A DNA stretch of 64,000 nt, taken from assembly GCA_040384285.1 (NCBI GenBank), contig JAZKJN010000006.1, positions 46,709 through 110,708 on the forward strand. The letters run 5' to 3'. The DNA comes from Patescibacteria group bacterium (GTDB lineage Bacteria; Patescibacteriota; Minisyncoccia; Phycocordibacterales; PALSA-1337). Below, piece after piece: positions 1-8,418 of the stretch. The translations under genes were made by a program, and so were the position numbers. Within the stretch, counting starts at the first letter, position 1. Each line of letters starts with the position of its first letter. A model generated the notes under the pieces. That model worked only from the letters and a program-made list of their open reading frames with translations. It was not told the origin of the DNA and did no database searches.

Positions 1-585
1 ATCACCACAAATCACAAGTACGGCATTCCCTGCCTTATAGGTGGCCTCCATGTGTGAAAGAATTTTTTCTCGAGTTATTTTTTGTAAATCTCTTATTTCT
101 CCAGTATTAAATTTGCCCAGACTTGAATTGGGAAAAAGTATTTTGAAGATAGCTCGCTGAGAATACTTCTCCGCATCGGCGGTAAATACGTTAATCTCTT
201 GTTCGATTATTTTTTTCTCTCTTTCTATATCAACTTCCTTCAAAAGAGGGTGCAACAAGACCTGAGAAATATAATCGAAGCCGACTTCGACATCTTCTAT
301 CATTGTTTTTGTCCAATATTCAACAGTCTCTTTTCCAGTAGCCCCATTCCTCTGCCCACCCTTTTCTTCGATAAGGCCCGATAGCTTTTGTTCACTGGGG
401 TACTTTTCTGTACCATCAAAAACTACATGCTCCAAAAAATGGGCTCCTCCTTCAGAACCCTTAACATCATAAATACTCCCTGCAATAATTCGAAAACTTA
501 AAGAGACACTCAAGCTTTGAGGTCTTTCGATAACAATCACTTGTAATCCATTACTTAACGTAAATGATGAAATTGATTGATTCAT
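1..585 (-). CDS. M16 (insulinase/pitrilysin) family zinc peptidase, runs off window edge
   Basis: Not in ORF track; manual translation from ATG 585: MNQSISSFTLSNGLQVIVIERP...GGAHFLEHVVFDGTEKYP, with the inverted HxxEH motif of M16 peptidases. Confidence 0.9.
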   Translation of the reverse strand, partial: MNQSISSFTLSNGLQVIVIERPQSLSVSLSFRIIAGSIYDVKGSEGGAHFLEHVVFDGTEKYPSEQKLSGLIEEKGGQRNGATGKETVEYWTKTMIEDVEVGFDYISQVLLHPLLKEVDIEREKKIIEQEINVFTADAEKYSQRAIFKILFPNSSLGKFNTGEIRDLQKITREKILSHMEATYKAGNAVLVICGD

Positions 586-614
586 ATTGGATGTATAATA
601 CACTATTTTCTCAT

Positions 615-645
615 AAAAAATGGGTGTCTATTTCTAAACACCCAT
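615..645 (-). terminator. Intrinsic terminator after micro-peptide cluster
   Basis: Minus strand ATGGGTGT-loop-ACACCCAT followed by TTTTT. Confidence 0.7.
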
Positions 646-671
646 CGTGAACACGATAACTATTGTTGAGG

Positions 672-758
672 TTAGTCCCCGGAATCCGGGCCGCTCCCGT
701 CATCGCCATCGTCGCCACAGCAGTCGCAACCGCCGTGACAAATGATTTTGTCTTGCAT
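672..758 (-). CDS. 28-aa acidic Cys-rich micro-peptide MQDKIICHGGCDCCGDDGDDGSGPDSGD
   Basis: AAGGAG 6 nt before ATG; the frame is also open to an upstream ATG. Confidence 0.5.
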   Translation of the reverse strand: MQDKIICHGGCDCCGDDGDDGSGPDSGD

Positions 759-850
759 ATAAGTCTCCTTGTGTGCAAAGTTCTGGTCGTATCGAGCTAT
801 CCGGCACATACCGGTAGTTCTCCCCATTTTAGGGTTAAGTATTGGCAGGC

Positions 851-931
851 CTAGTCTTGCAGATCGACCCCTGAACCAGAAGGACCAGTACTGTCGGTGT
901 GGTTGCGGGAAGAATTTTGATTATTCACCAT
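851..931 (-). CDS. 26-aa micro-peptide MVNNQNSSRNHTDSTGPSGSGVDLQD
   Basis: AAGGAG just upstream; start overlaps the end of the preceding ORF. Confidence 0.4.
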   Translation of the reverse strand: MVNNQNSSRNHTDSTGPSGSGVDLQD

Positions 932-1046
932 TCTCTCCTTCGCACGAACCTCCGCGACCGCCGTCATCTTCTCGGCACCGGACAAATCTCAGTGTACCAT
1001 CCCACTCCCCATCGACCTCGCCCTCAGGACTTTTACGAGTTTTCAT
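921..1046 (-). CDS. 41-aa acidic micro-peptide MKTRKSPEGEVDGEWDGTLRFVRCREDDGGRGGSCEGENGE
   Basis: AAGGAGG 5 nt before ATG; promoter TTGACT-16-TATGCT at 1154-1127. Confidence 0.5.
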   Translation of the reverse strand: MKTRKSPEGEVDGEWDGTLRFVRCREDDGGRGGSCEGENGE

Positions 1047-1177
1047 GCTCGCCTCCTTGTGCTCGACGCTTTACCCGACTAAAGTGTGCACACCCATGCC
1101 TACTCTGGGTATCGCTATCTATACATAGCATATACTTATAAATAGCAAAGTCAATGCGCTAACTGTGGATATCTTTT

Positions 1178-1264
1178 CTAATTCAAAATCTTGATTCCCA
1201 AAACTAAAATACCCATAAGTATGAGGGCGAAAGATGTAAGTAATCCAAGTGAGGCCTCATGCAT
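1178..1264 (-). CDS. 28-aa single-TM peptide MHEASLGLLTSFALILMGILVLGIKILN
   Basis: Manual translation; hydrophobic core; TATAAT 9 nt upstream of ATG. Confidence 0.35.
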   Translation of the reverse strand: MHEASLGLLTSFALILMGILVLGIKILN

Positions 1265-1317
1265 AATTATCAAATTATAACATTGAAAAGTGCTCTCAAA
1301 CAGGCTATGATGGAGCA

Positions 1318-1776
1318 ATGACAACAACAATCCACGAAACTATTAAAAGCCAGATTACCGATGCTATGCGCGCAAAGGACGCTTTGAAACTCGAAACTTT
1401 GCGAGGTCTCCAAGCTCTCTTTTCAAACGAGCTCATTGCCCAAAAAAGCTCAGCTCCCCTGCTTGCCGATGACTCTGTACTTTCAATTATCAAAAAGAGT
1501 GTAAAGCAAAGAAAAGATTCTATTGAACAATTTGAAAAAGGTGGACGAAGCGATCTTGCTGACAAAGAAAAGGCAGAATTAGTAATCCTTGAAGCCTACC
1601 TTCCCGCTATGATGTCTCGTGAAGAGATCAAAAAAGTAATCGATGCAAAGATCGCCTCTGGTGCCGTACTCGACAAGACAAAGTCAGGACAATTTATCGG
1701 CATGCTTTTGAAGGAACTTAAAGGAAAAGCTGATGGAGGAGATGTGAAGGCGGTAGTTGACAGCATGCTTGTTTAG
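1318..1776 (+). CDS. yqeY: GatB/YqeY domain protein
   Basis: AMRAKD...KQRKDSIEQFEKGGRSDLADKEKAEL...YLP...KGKADG signature. Confidence 0.92.
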   Translation: MTTTIHETIKSQITDAMRAKDALKLETLRGLQALFSNELIAQKSSAPLLADDSVLSIIKKSVKQRKDSIEQFEKGGRSDLADKEKAELVILEAYLPAMMSREEIKKVIDAKIASGAVLDKTKSGQFIGMLLKELKGKADGGDVKAVVDSMLV

Positions 1777-1826
1777 TGGTATACTTACCAACAGTAGTCA
1801 ACCGCAACACTTAACAAAGGAAAATC

Positions 1827-2054
1827 ATGAGTTCCCTTTTCTCCCACTGGCGAGAACAAGTACAACTTGCACATCGTCTCGTTGACGCAGCGCCCGCCCC
1901 AGAACTACCAAAAACGGATGCCCTCTGTCAGGCGATCTGGAAAGGAGGAGTATCTCTCACTCCTGAACAAAGAGCTGAAATCGAAGAAATAACGAAACAT
2001 CAGCGCCGAGTGCACCGAGAGAAAGTTGCCTATCTTCTGGCAACTCAAGACTAA
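1827..2054 (+). CDS. Hypothetical protein
   Basis: AAAGGA RBS, followed by hairpin plus T-run at ~2071-2107. Confidence 0.6.
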   Translation: MSSLFSHWREQVQLAHRLVDAAPAPELPKTDALCQAIWKGGVSLTPEQRAEIEEITKHQRRVHREKVAYLLATQD

Positions 2055-2136
2055 GAAGATGTCTCATCAGGAAGCCCTCTCGAACACAATCGGGGGGCTT
2101 TTCTTTTATAAAATTGTATTGTACAGTGTGGAAAGT

Positions 2137-2361
2137 ATGAAAAAAGGAATGTTTCCGAAAACAGCCGAGAAGCTTCACGACAAGCGTAAAGCCGAAGCTC
2201 AACAGAGAACATTCATCGATAGACTTGTCGATGAGAAAGTTGGAGAACTCATAGTCACACGACACCCACGCACCTACGTGCACCATCCTCCCCACTTTGG
2301 TGGAGTCGAAACACTCCCCGAAATTCAGGCAAAATACAACACATCAGACCGAAAGGTCTAG
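2137..2361 (+). CDS. Hypothetical protein
   Basis: ATG 2137 in the 2026..2361 frame; terminator-like hairpin plus T-run at the stop. Confidence 0.5.
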   Translation: MKKGMFPKTAEKLHDKRKAEAQQRTFIDRLVDEKVGELIVTRHPRTYVHHPPHFGGVETLPEIQAKYNTSDRKV

Positions 2362-2384
2362 GTGTTTTTTTATTACAAAATTCC

Positions 2385-2528
2385 CTACGCTGTGAGTGCT
2401 TGGAAAACTTCCCAGATCGCAAAACCCGTGAGAAATATTGCCGCCGGATACATTCCCCAACCGACGTAGATGATAAAGCCCACGATGACGGCGATCCCCA
2501 CACGGTGATGTAATTCAAGTTCAGGCAT
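2385..2528 (-). CDS. 47-aa membrane peptide MPELELHHRVGIAVIVGFIIYVGWGMYPAAIFLTGFAIWEVFQALTA
   Basis: Starts 2 nt after the kinase stop; hydrophobic, two-TM-like. Confidence 0.55.
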   Translation of the reverse strand: MPELELHHRVGIAVIVGFIIYVGWGMYPAAIFLTGFAIWEVFQALTA

Positions 2529-2530
2529 AG

Positions 2531-4129
2531 CTATATCGCAGTATCAATCTCCATAAAGAAGGTCGATCCCTTACCTTCCCCTTTTGATTCTGCCCAGACA
2601 CGTCCCTTGTGTGAGGTGACAATTTCCTTTACCACAAAGAGTCCGAGTCCCGTACCGTAGATATTCTGCTTGTTGGCATTATTTGCACGGACAAACTTTG
2701 CAAAAAGCTTTGGCATCACTTCAGGCGACACTCCCACACCGGTATCTTTAACAGAGAAAATAATCTTGTGGAGCTCTGCGTTTTTAGTAAGCGCCACCTC
2801 GATACTTCCTGATGGAGTGTATTTGAGAGAGTTGTCGATGAGATTTGCGATCACCTGCTTGAGCTTGTCGCGGTCTGCCTTTACATCAAAGTGTTCGTTC
2901 TCTCCCGATGGAACTGTCATAAAAGAGAACTTTAGTCCTGTCTTTTCAATATTTGGCTTGAGCTCAGCAATCACATCTTTTACCATGGCACGTAGATCAA
3001 GCACGGTAAATGAGTACACCATCGTACCGAGCTCGATGCGAGAAATGTTCAAATAGTCGTCCACAATGTTTGCAAGAGTTTTTGATGAGTCGTAAATACG
3101 TGTCACCGCCTCCTTCATCGTAGGCACAAGCTTGCCCATCTCACCTTCCAAGATGAGCGATGAATATCCCTTCATGGCAGTCAGAGGCGCACGAAGCTGA
3201 TGCGTCGCAAAGGAGACGAATTCAGATTTCTGCTTATCCAGCTCCTTTAGACGAGTGTTCGCGTCAGTCAGATCCTTTGCAAGCTTTTCAATATGTTCGC
3301 GTTGGTTAACTTCTTTGATGACGGAACGGATGAGAAAGAGACTAAAGATGGCCATGAGAACCAAAATTAAAAAATTTAATAGCCAATCAATTAGTTCTGA
3401 GGATTTTAATAGATTAAATAATGAAATAAGAACAAGAGCGGTTGAAAATATTTGAGCAGATACCACTTTAACGTTAAGCATCTTATACTTCAAGACCCCG
3501 TAAACCATGAATACTATGTAAAAAATAACCAGATAATTTCCAAAAGGATAAACACTAAATAATTGTGGGAAAAAATTTGTGACGCCCCCAAAATAAGCGA
3601 AGGTAGAAGCTATAAGAATATTTCTTACCTGGAACCGCACCAAACTTCCCCTTGGAGCTTTTATATATTGTTGAACCAACAACCCAAGAGTCATTACGGC
3701 AAAAATTACAAAGTAAATAGGAAAAATAATATAATAATTACCAGGATTCACCCAGTAAAAATCATACAGCATTTTCATGCCGTCTTTAAATAGATGACTG
3801 AAACTAAAAATAGAGAGTAGTAGTGCTGCTATAAACGAAAAGTACCTTGTTTTCATGCCACGCAAATGCAAGAGTTCAAGAATAAGTAGAAGAGATAGGG
3901 GAGGCAAAAAGATAGCAGCAATATCAAGAAGATACTGCCACAATAATGCAGTTTCAATATTAGATGACAATGTAACTCCGGCCAAACCAAGCGACCAGAG
4001 AGAGAAGGAAATCGATGAAAAAAACCAAGCACGATTAATTTTGTTTTTTCTATCAGACCTATAAACAATCAGCCCGAAAATTATACTACTAAAGCACAAT
4101 ATTAGACTTGAAACGCTGAAAAGATTCAT
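2531..4129 (-). CDS. Sensor histidine kinase with multi-TM (HisKA_7TM-like) N-terminus
   Basis: H-box ATHQLRAP, N-box NLIDNSLKYT, DTGVG, GTGLGL, GKGSTF; about 270 hydrophobic N-terminal residues. Confidence 0.95.
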   Translation of the reverse strand: MNLFSVSSLILCFSSIIFGLIVYRSDRKNKINRAWFFSSISFSLWSLGLAGVTLSSNIETALLWQYLLDIAAIFLPPLSLLLILELLHLRGMKTRYFSFIAALLLSIFSFSHLFKDGMKMLYDFYWVNPGNYYIIFPIYFVIFAVMTLGLLVQQYIKAPRGSLVRFQVRNILIASTFAYFGGVTNFFPQLFSVYPFGNYLVIFYIVFMVYGVLKYKMLNVKVVSAQIFSTALVLISLFNLLKSSELIDWLLNFLILVLMAIFSLFLIRSVIKEVNQREHIEKLAKDLTDANTRLKELDKQKSEFVSFATHQLRAPLTAMKGYSSLILEGEMGKLVPTMKEAVTRIYDSSKTLANIVDDYLNISRIELGTMVYSFTVLDLRAMVKDVIAELKPNIEKTGLKFSFMTVPSGENEHFDVKADRDKLKQVIANLIDNSLKYTPSGSIEVALTKNAELHKIIFSVKDTGVGVSPEVMPKLFAKFVRANNANKQNIYGTGLGLFVVKEIVTSHKGRVWAESKGEGKGSTFFMEIDTAI

Positions 4130-4799
4130 CGTTGTCTAAGTATAGCACGGACCATTTTTTTGCCTGAGCATATTTCCACAGTTCAGAAGAAGGATTGACA
4201 GCTACCGGATTTTTGGCAATCGAAAACAGATTCACGTCTGAATAATGATCAGCAAAAACTGAAAGACTTTCTTTAGAAGCTCCAGAAGTCTTGATGTATT
4301 CTTCCACTACATGCGTCTTTTTTTCACCAAACACTGGTTCCCCCAAGATTTTTCCTGTGTAAATTCCATTATTTACTTCGAGTCGCGTCGAAATTACATC
4401 ATCAATTCCCAAGTATTGCTTTGCTCGGAAAGTAATTGGATAAATAGCGGTTGAGACAAGTATGGTATGGAAATTATTCTTCTTTAAAAAATCTATCAAT
4501 TCTTTACTATTTTTATAAATTAGTGGCACACACCGTGAGGCAAAAAAAGTATCGAAAGCATCTTCCATTTCTGAGACTTTTTTATCTTTTATACACGATG
4601 TTGCAAAATTAAATACAGTTTTTAAACTTAAAAATAAATTCATTTTAAACAACAGAAACCATCCCAAAAGAGCACTGTATCTGGCTAAACTCATATATTT
4701 CCGTCTGAAGAAGAAAGCGATAAGCAATTTTTGACTCTGTCCTTGAATAAGAGTCCCATCAAAATCTAGAATTGCGAGTCTGGTATTTTTAGTGTTCAT
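4089..4799 (-). CDS. HAD-IB family phosphatase
   Basis: DFDGTL motif I, VST motif II, K motif III, DHYSD motif IV, AVNPS. Confidence 0.9.
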   Translation of the reverse strand: MNTKNTRLAILDFDGTLIQGQSQKLLIAFFFRRKYMSLARYSALLGWFLLFKMNLFLSLKTVFNFATSCIKDKKVSEMEDAFDTFFASRCVPLIYKNSKELIDFLKKNNFHTILVSTAIYPITFRAKQYLGIDDVISTRLEVNNGIYTGKILGEPVFGEKKTHVVEEYIKTSGASKESLSVFADHYSDVNLFSIAKNPVAVNPSSELWKYAQAKKWSVLYLDNDESFQRFKSNIVL

Positions 4800-5535
4800 G
4801 AGAATATCTTTTTCCAGACAAAAGACTGATTTCTTGCATGACCTTATGGGTAACAGCCTTATAATCGAGATGAGTTAAATCATTGCGTTGATGATATTCT
4901 GAAAAATAAATTGGTTCTCCTATGTGGATTTCAATATTTTTCAAAAATTTTGGTTTTTTATCGTGTACCGACATAACAGGAAAAGCACCTTTTATTCCCA
5001 CGGGAACTATCGGAACCTTCTTGAACAAACCATATTGGGCCACACCAGTAAAAGCCTTCAACATATCATTCTCATGGGGAGAGCGAGTTCCTTCAGGAAA
5101 AAGTCCAATGACGCGACGATCATCAAGATGACTGTGGACCACTGCATGTAACTCGCTTTTATCGTCAGCCCTCCTATCTACCCTTATCTGCCGTGTAGTT
5201 TTCATTAAGTGCTTCCAAAGCCAATGATTGAAAAATTTTTCAGCTGCGAGAAAATGAATGTTACGGGGGCTAATGGCTGCAAGGCACAGGAAATCAAAAT
5301 AGCTTTGATGATTCATTGCCAAAATTACCCCTCCCGTTGATGGAATATTATCTAGACCGGTCACCTTTTTAATCCAAATCATAGAGATAATTGGTCCTAA
5401 AATTTTTCTTAAGACATAATGAGTCATGTCTAACAGATTATCCTTTATTTTGATTATATGAAAAAAAATTGAGCTTCCTTCATTAAGACCTTTCTCTGAT
5501 AAGAATTTATTTTCCCTCAATTTGTGAGTATCCAT
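4789..5535 (-). CDS. Lysophospholipid acyltransferase (PlsC family)
   Basis: NHQSYFD (HX4D), FPEGTRS, VPIVPVGI; real start may be the internal MTHY. Confidence 0.92.
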   Translation of the reverse strand: MDTHKLRENKFLSEKGLNEGSSIFFHIIKIKDNLLDMTHYVLRKILGPIISMIWIKKVTGLDNIPSTGGVILAMNHQSYFDFLCLAAISPRNIHFLAAEKFFNHWLWKHLMKTTRQIRVDRRADDKSELHAVVHSHLDDRRVIGLFPEGTRSPHENDMLKAFTGVAQYGLFKKVPIVPVGIKGAFPVMSVHDKKPKFLKNIEIHIGEPIYFSEYHQRNDLTHLDYKAVTHKVMQEISLLSGKRYSHEH

Positions 5536-5536
5536 C

Positions 5537-6232
5537 TTAGTTTTTATATAAATCAGAAATAGCGTTTTGGAATCCGTGAGTTATGGTCTGAGGAGACAAA
5601 AGAGAACTTACCTTAATGGGTTTACCTATATTTATAGTAAATTTATCTTTTCCCCTTATATTTTCTTCTATTTTCATGGAAATAGGTATTACTGGAACTT
5701 GGGTCTTTTGAGCCAAGAAAGCAGCACCTAGCTTAAATTTTTCTATTTGCCCAGACTTTGTGATACTACCTTCAGGATAGATAACTACATTCCCACCGTT
5801 TCCTATTATTCTTACGGCTTCACGTAAATTTTTTTCTATCCCCCGACCCTCCTCAACAACAAAAACCCCAAAGATGACATAGAGTATGTCGATAATGAAA
5901 AGTCCAGACAGAACATTTAGGTACCAAATATCAAATTTATTTACAGCCATAAATCTTAGTGGCAACTTTCCACTTGCTCTTCCCAATATGAGCCTGAAGG
6001 CAAAACTGTCATATTCAGAAATATGATTAGAAATAATTATAAAGGGTGAAGAAGTTACCATTAAATTTTCTCGTCCCTTTATCTCTAATTTGAAAAATAA
6101 ACGAAAAAAAATAAAAACAAAAGGCCATGACAAAAATTGAGTGGTTCGTGCAAAATACTTCAGTAGGGTGTAGTAAATTTCAGGCTTCGTATTTTCTTCG
6201 TGGGCAATATCTAGTAATGCTTGAACGTTCAT
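5537..6232 (-). CDS. Second PlsC-family acyltransferase
   Basis: NHISEYD (HX4D), YPEG, VPVIPI; start taken at MNVQ. Confidence 0.88.
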   Translation of the reverse strand: MNVQALLDIAHEENTKPEIYYTLLKYFARTTQFLSWPFVFIFFRLFFKLEIKGRENLMVTSSPFIIISNHISEYDSFAFRLILGRASGKLPLRFMAVNKFDIWYLNVLSGLFIIDILYVIFGVFVVEEGRGIEKNLREAVRIIGNGGNVVIYPEGSITKSGQIEKFKLGAAFLAQKTQVPVIPISMKIEENIRGKDKFTINIGKPIKVSSLLSPQTITHGFQNAISDLYKN

Positions 6233-6314
6233 GGTGGTATATACCATGAATTGTAACACACCCCATTCTCCTACAGTATCCACATAAGTACTAAAAGTGT
6301 ATAATTTATATCAC

Positions 6315-7538
6315 ATGGGATCAGAAATACATGCCTTAATGGATTTAGCTGTGGGGTTAATTACGGCGGCACTAGGAATTGGCATATATGTTCTAGCAAA
6401 AGAATCTAGATCCGCAAAATTATTCTCATTAATATGCTTTTCTGTTTCTATTTGGAGTCTATTTGTATCGATAAACACTTTCCCTTTATTTACAGAATCA
6501 ACGGCCTTTACATTTAAATTTAGTTATTTTCTTGCAGCAACCCTTGGAACACAATTTGTAATATTCTCAATACTATACCCTCGAGATCAGAAAGTGGGTT
6601 CTAGGATTGTTTATGGAGTAATTCTGATTGAAATTATTTTATTATATTTAATTTCTTTTACAGACTTGATAATCTCTCAACCAACCATCTCCTTGGAAGG
6701 TAATCATGTGGGTTGGGGGTATGGTCCGCTGTGGTTTATATTCGATGTTTATTTTTCTGGTTGTTGGCTCTATGGAATTTATAATTTATACAAAAAAATA
6801 GGACAGGATGAAGAAAAGTTTTCTCGAAGAAACCTGCAATTTATGTTACTCGCATTCATTGTAGGACTCATACCGCCTAGTATTACTGGAATTATATTGC
6901 CTCGAATCGGAATTTTTGAATACAATTGGTCAAATCCCCTTTCAAGTTTGCTTTGGATCTCCATCATCGCCTACTCGATCATACGCTACCATCTCTTTAG
7001 CATCAAATTGATCGCCATCCAACTGGTCACCTTCTCCTTCTGGATATTCATGCTCATTCGCATTTTCTTTGCCGCAAACCGACAGGAGCTTTTCATTGAA
7101 GTCGGTATCCTCTCCATTTCAGTGATTCTTGGTATCACTCTCATTAGAAGTGTTTTGCATGAGATCAAGCAGAGGGAGCGTATTGAAGGCCTGGTAAAGG
7201 ATCTCAAAGGTGCATATGCAAACGTCAAAGACCTCAATGATCATCTTGAGCAGAAAGTGGAGGCGCAGACACGAGAAGTACGTGCTTCATACGAAGTGGA
7301 AAAGAGAGCTCGGCAGGAGCTTTTGAAACTCAATGAGACGAAGAATCACTTCATCGGCATGGCACAGCATCAGCTTCGTACTCCGGTGACTGGTGTGAAG
7401 TGGCAGTTGGAGGCGATATTGGGGGATCTTTCTCGAAAAGATAATGAGGAAATACGAGAAGAACTCGAGGCGCTAGCTGGTTCAGTAAAAATACTCACAA
7501 CTACTATAAATAAAGTAACTGATATTGCTGAAGAATAA
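6315..7538 (+). CDS. 7TM sensor plus HisKA protein lacking the HATPase domain
   Basis: Multi-TM N-terminus, coiled coil, AQHQLRTP H-box, then stop; no N or G boxes. Confidence 0.85.
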   Translation: MGSEIHALMDLAVGLITAALGIGIYVLAKESRSAKLFSLICFSVSIWSLFVSINTFPLFTESTAFTFKFSYFLAATLGTQFVIFSILYPRDQKVGSRIVYGVILIEIILLYLISFTDLIISQPTISLEGNHVGWGYGPLWFIFDVYFSGCWLYGIYNLYKKIGQDEEKFSRRNLQFMLLAFIVGLIPPSITGIILPRIGIFEYNWSNPLSSLLWISIIAYSIIRYHLFSIKLIAIQLVTFSFWIFMLIRIFFAANRQELFIEVGILSISVILGITLIRSVLHEIKQRERIEGLVKDLKGAYANVKDLNDHLEQKVEAQTREVRASYEVEKRARQELLKLNETKNHFIGMAQHQLRTPVTGVKWQLEAILGDLSRKDNEEIREELEALAGSVKILTTTINKVTDIAEE

Positions 7539-7551
7539 ATTCTAGATGGAA

Positions 7552-8400
7552 CTACCCATTCTTCATCCCCAAAGCCTCCCTTGCGATAGCGATCTCTTCT
7601 GGAGTTGTCGGCGGTTTTCCATGCCATTCAAATTTACGCTCAAAAGTGGGAATTCCTTTTGAAGAAATAGTGTTCGCAATGATAACTGACGGCTTGTCGA
7701 AAACAGCGAGTGCCTGTGTATAGGCCTGGTCAATTGCCTGGAAGCTGTGCCCATCGATCTCCTGTACATGCCAGTTAAACGCTTTCCATTTATCACCCAA
7801 TGGATCAAGAGGCATGATATCCTCAGTAAATCCATCGATCTGGATGTTGTTTCGATCGACAAAGACGGTTACATTTTGAAGTTTCTCTTTTCCCGCAAGC
7901 ATAATTGCTTCCCAGTTCTGTCCTTCATCAAGTTCTCCATCGCCAGTGAGACAAATAAATTGTTTTCCTGAGGTGCGACCAAAATCAATACGATCTGCAA
8001 TCGCCATTCCCACAAGCTGTGAGAGTCCTGAGCCCAGTGGACCTGAAGAATTTTCAAGAGCCGGTAGAAATTCTCGATGAGGATGGCCTTGGAGTTTTGA
8101 CCCGAACTTTCGCAGAGTTTTTAACTCTGACAAAGGGAAATATCCTGCATGACCCATGGTTGCGTAGAGCACAGGACAGATATGTCCATTTGAAAGTACG
8201 AGACGATCACGATATGGCCAGTCAGGCTTCTTTGGATCATGTTTCATCCCATGGAAATACAGGTAGGTAAAAATATCCGCCATGCCGAGAGGTCCGGCAG
8301 TGTGTCCGCTTTTTGCCTCAATCAACATTTCGATGATTGATTGCCTGATAGCGTAGGCTTTTTCAAAAAGAAGTTGTGATTTCTCTGGGGTAAGTGCCAT
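7552..8400 (-). CDS. Transketolase N-terminal subunit (split type)
   Basis: SGHTAGPL, DRLVLSNGH, LQGHP, GDGELDEGQNWEA TPP-binding motif. Confidence 0.95.
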   Translation of the reverse strand: MALTPEKSQLLFEKAYAIRQSIIEMLIEAKSGHTAGPLGMADIFTYLYFHGMKHDPKKPDWPYRDRLVLSNGHICPVLYATMGHAGYFPLSELKTLRKFGSKLQGHPHREFLPALENSSGPLGSGLSQLVGMAIADRIDFGRTSGKQFICLTGDGELDEGQNWEAIMLAGKEKLQNVTVFVDRNNIQIDGFTEDIMPLDPLGDKWKAFNWHVQEIDGHSFQAIDQAYTQALAVFDKPSVIIANTISSKGIPTFERKFEWHGKPPTTPEEIAIAREALGMKNG

Positions 8401-8418
8401 TACCTACATATTGTAACA

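Noticed and set aside
7552-8400. Transketolase as a truncated pseudogene
   Set aside because: Length and motifs match the N-terminal subunit of the common split transketolase; the partner gene is presumably elsewhere
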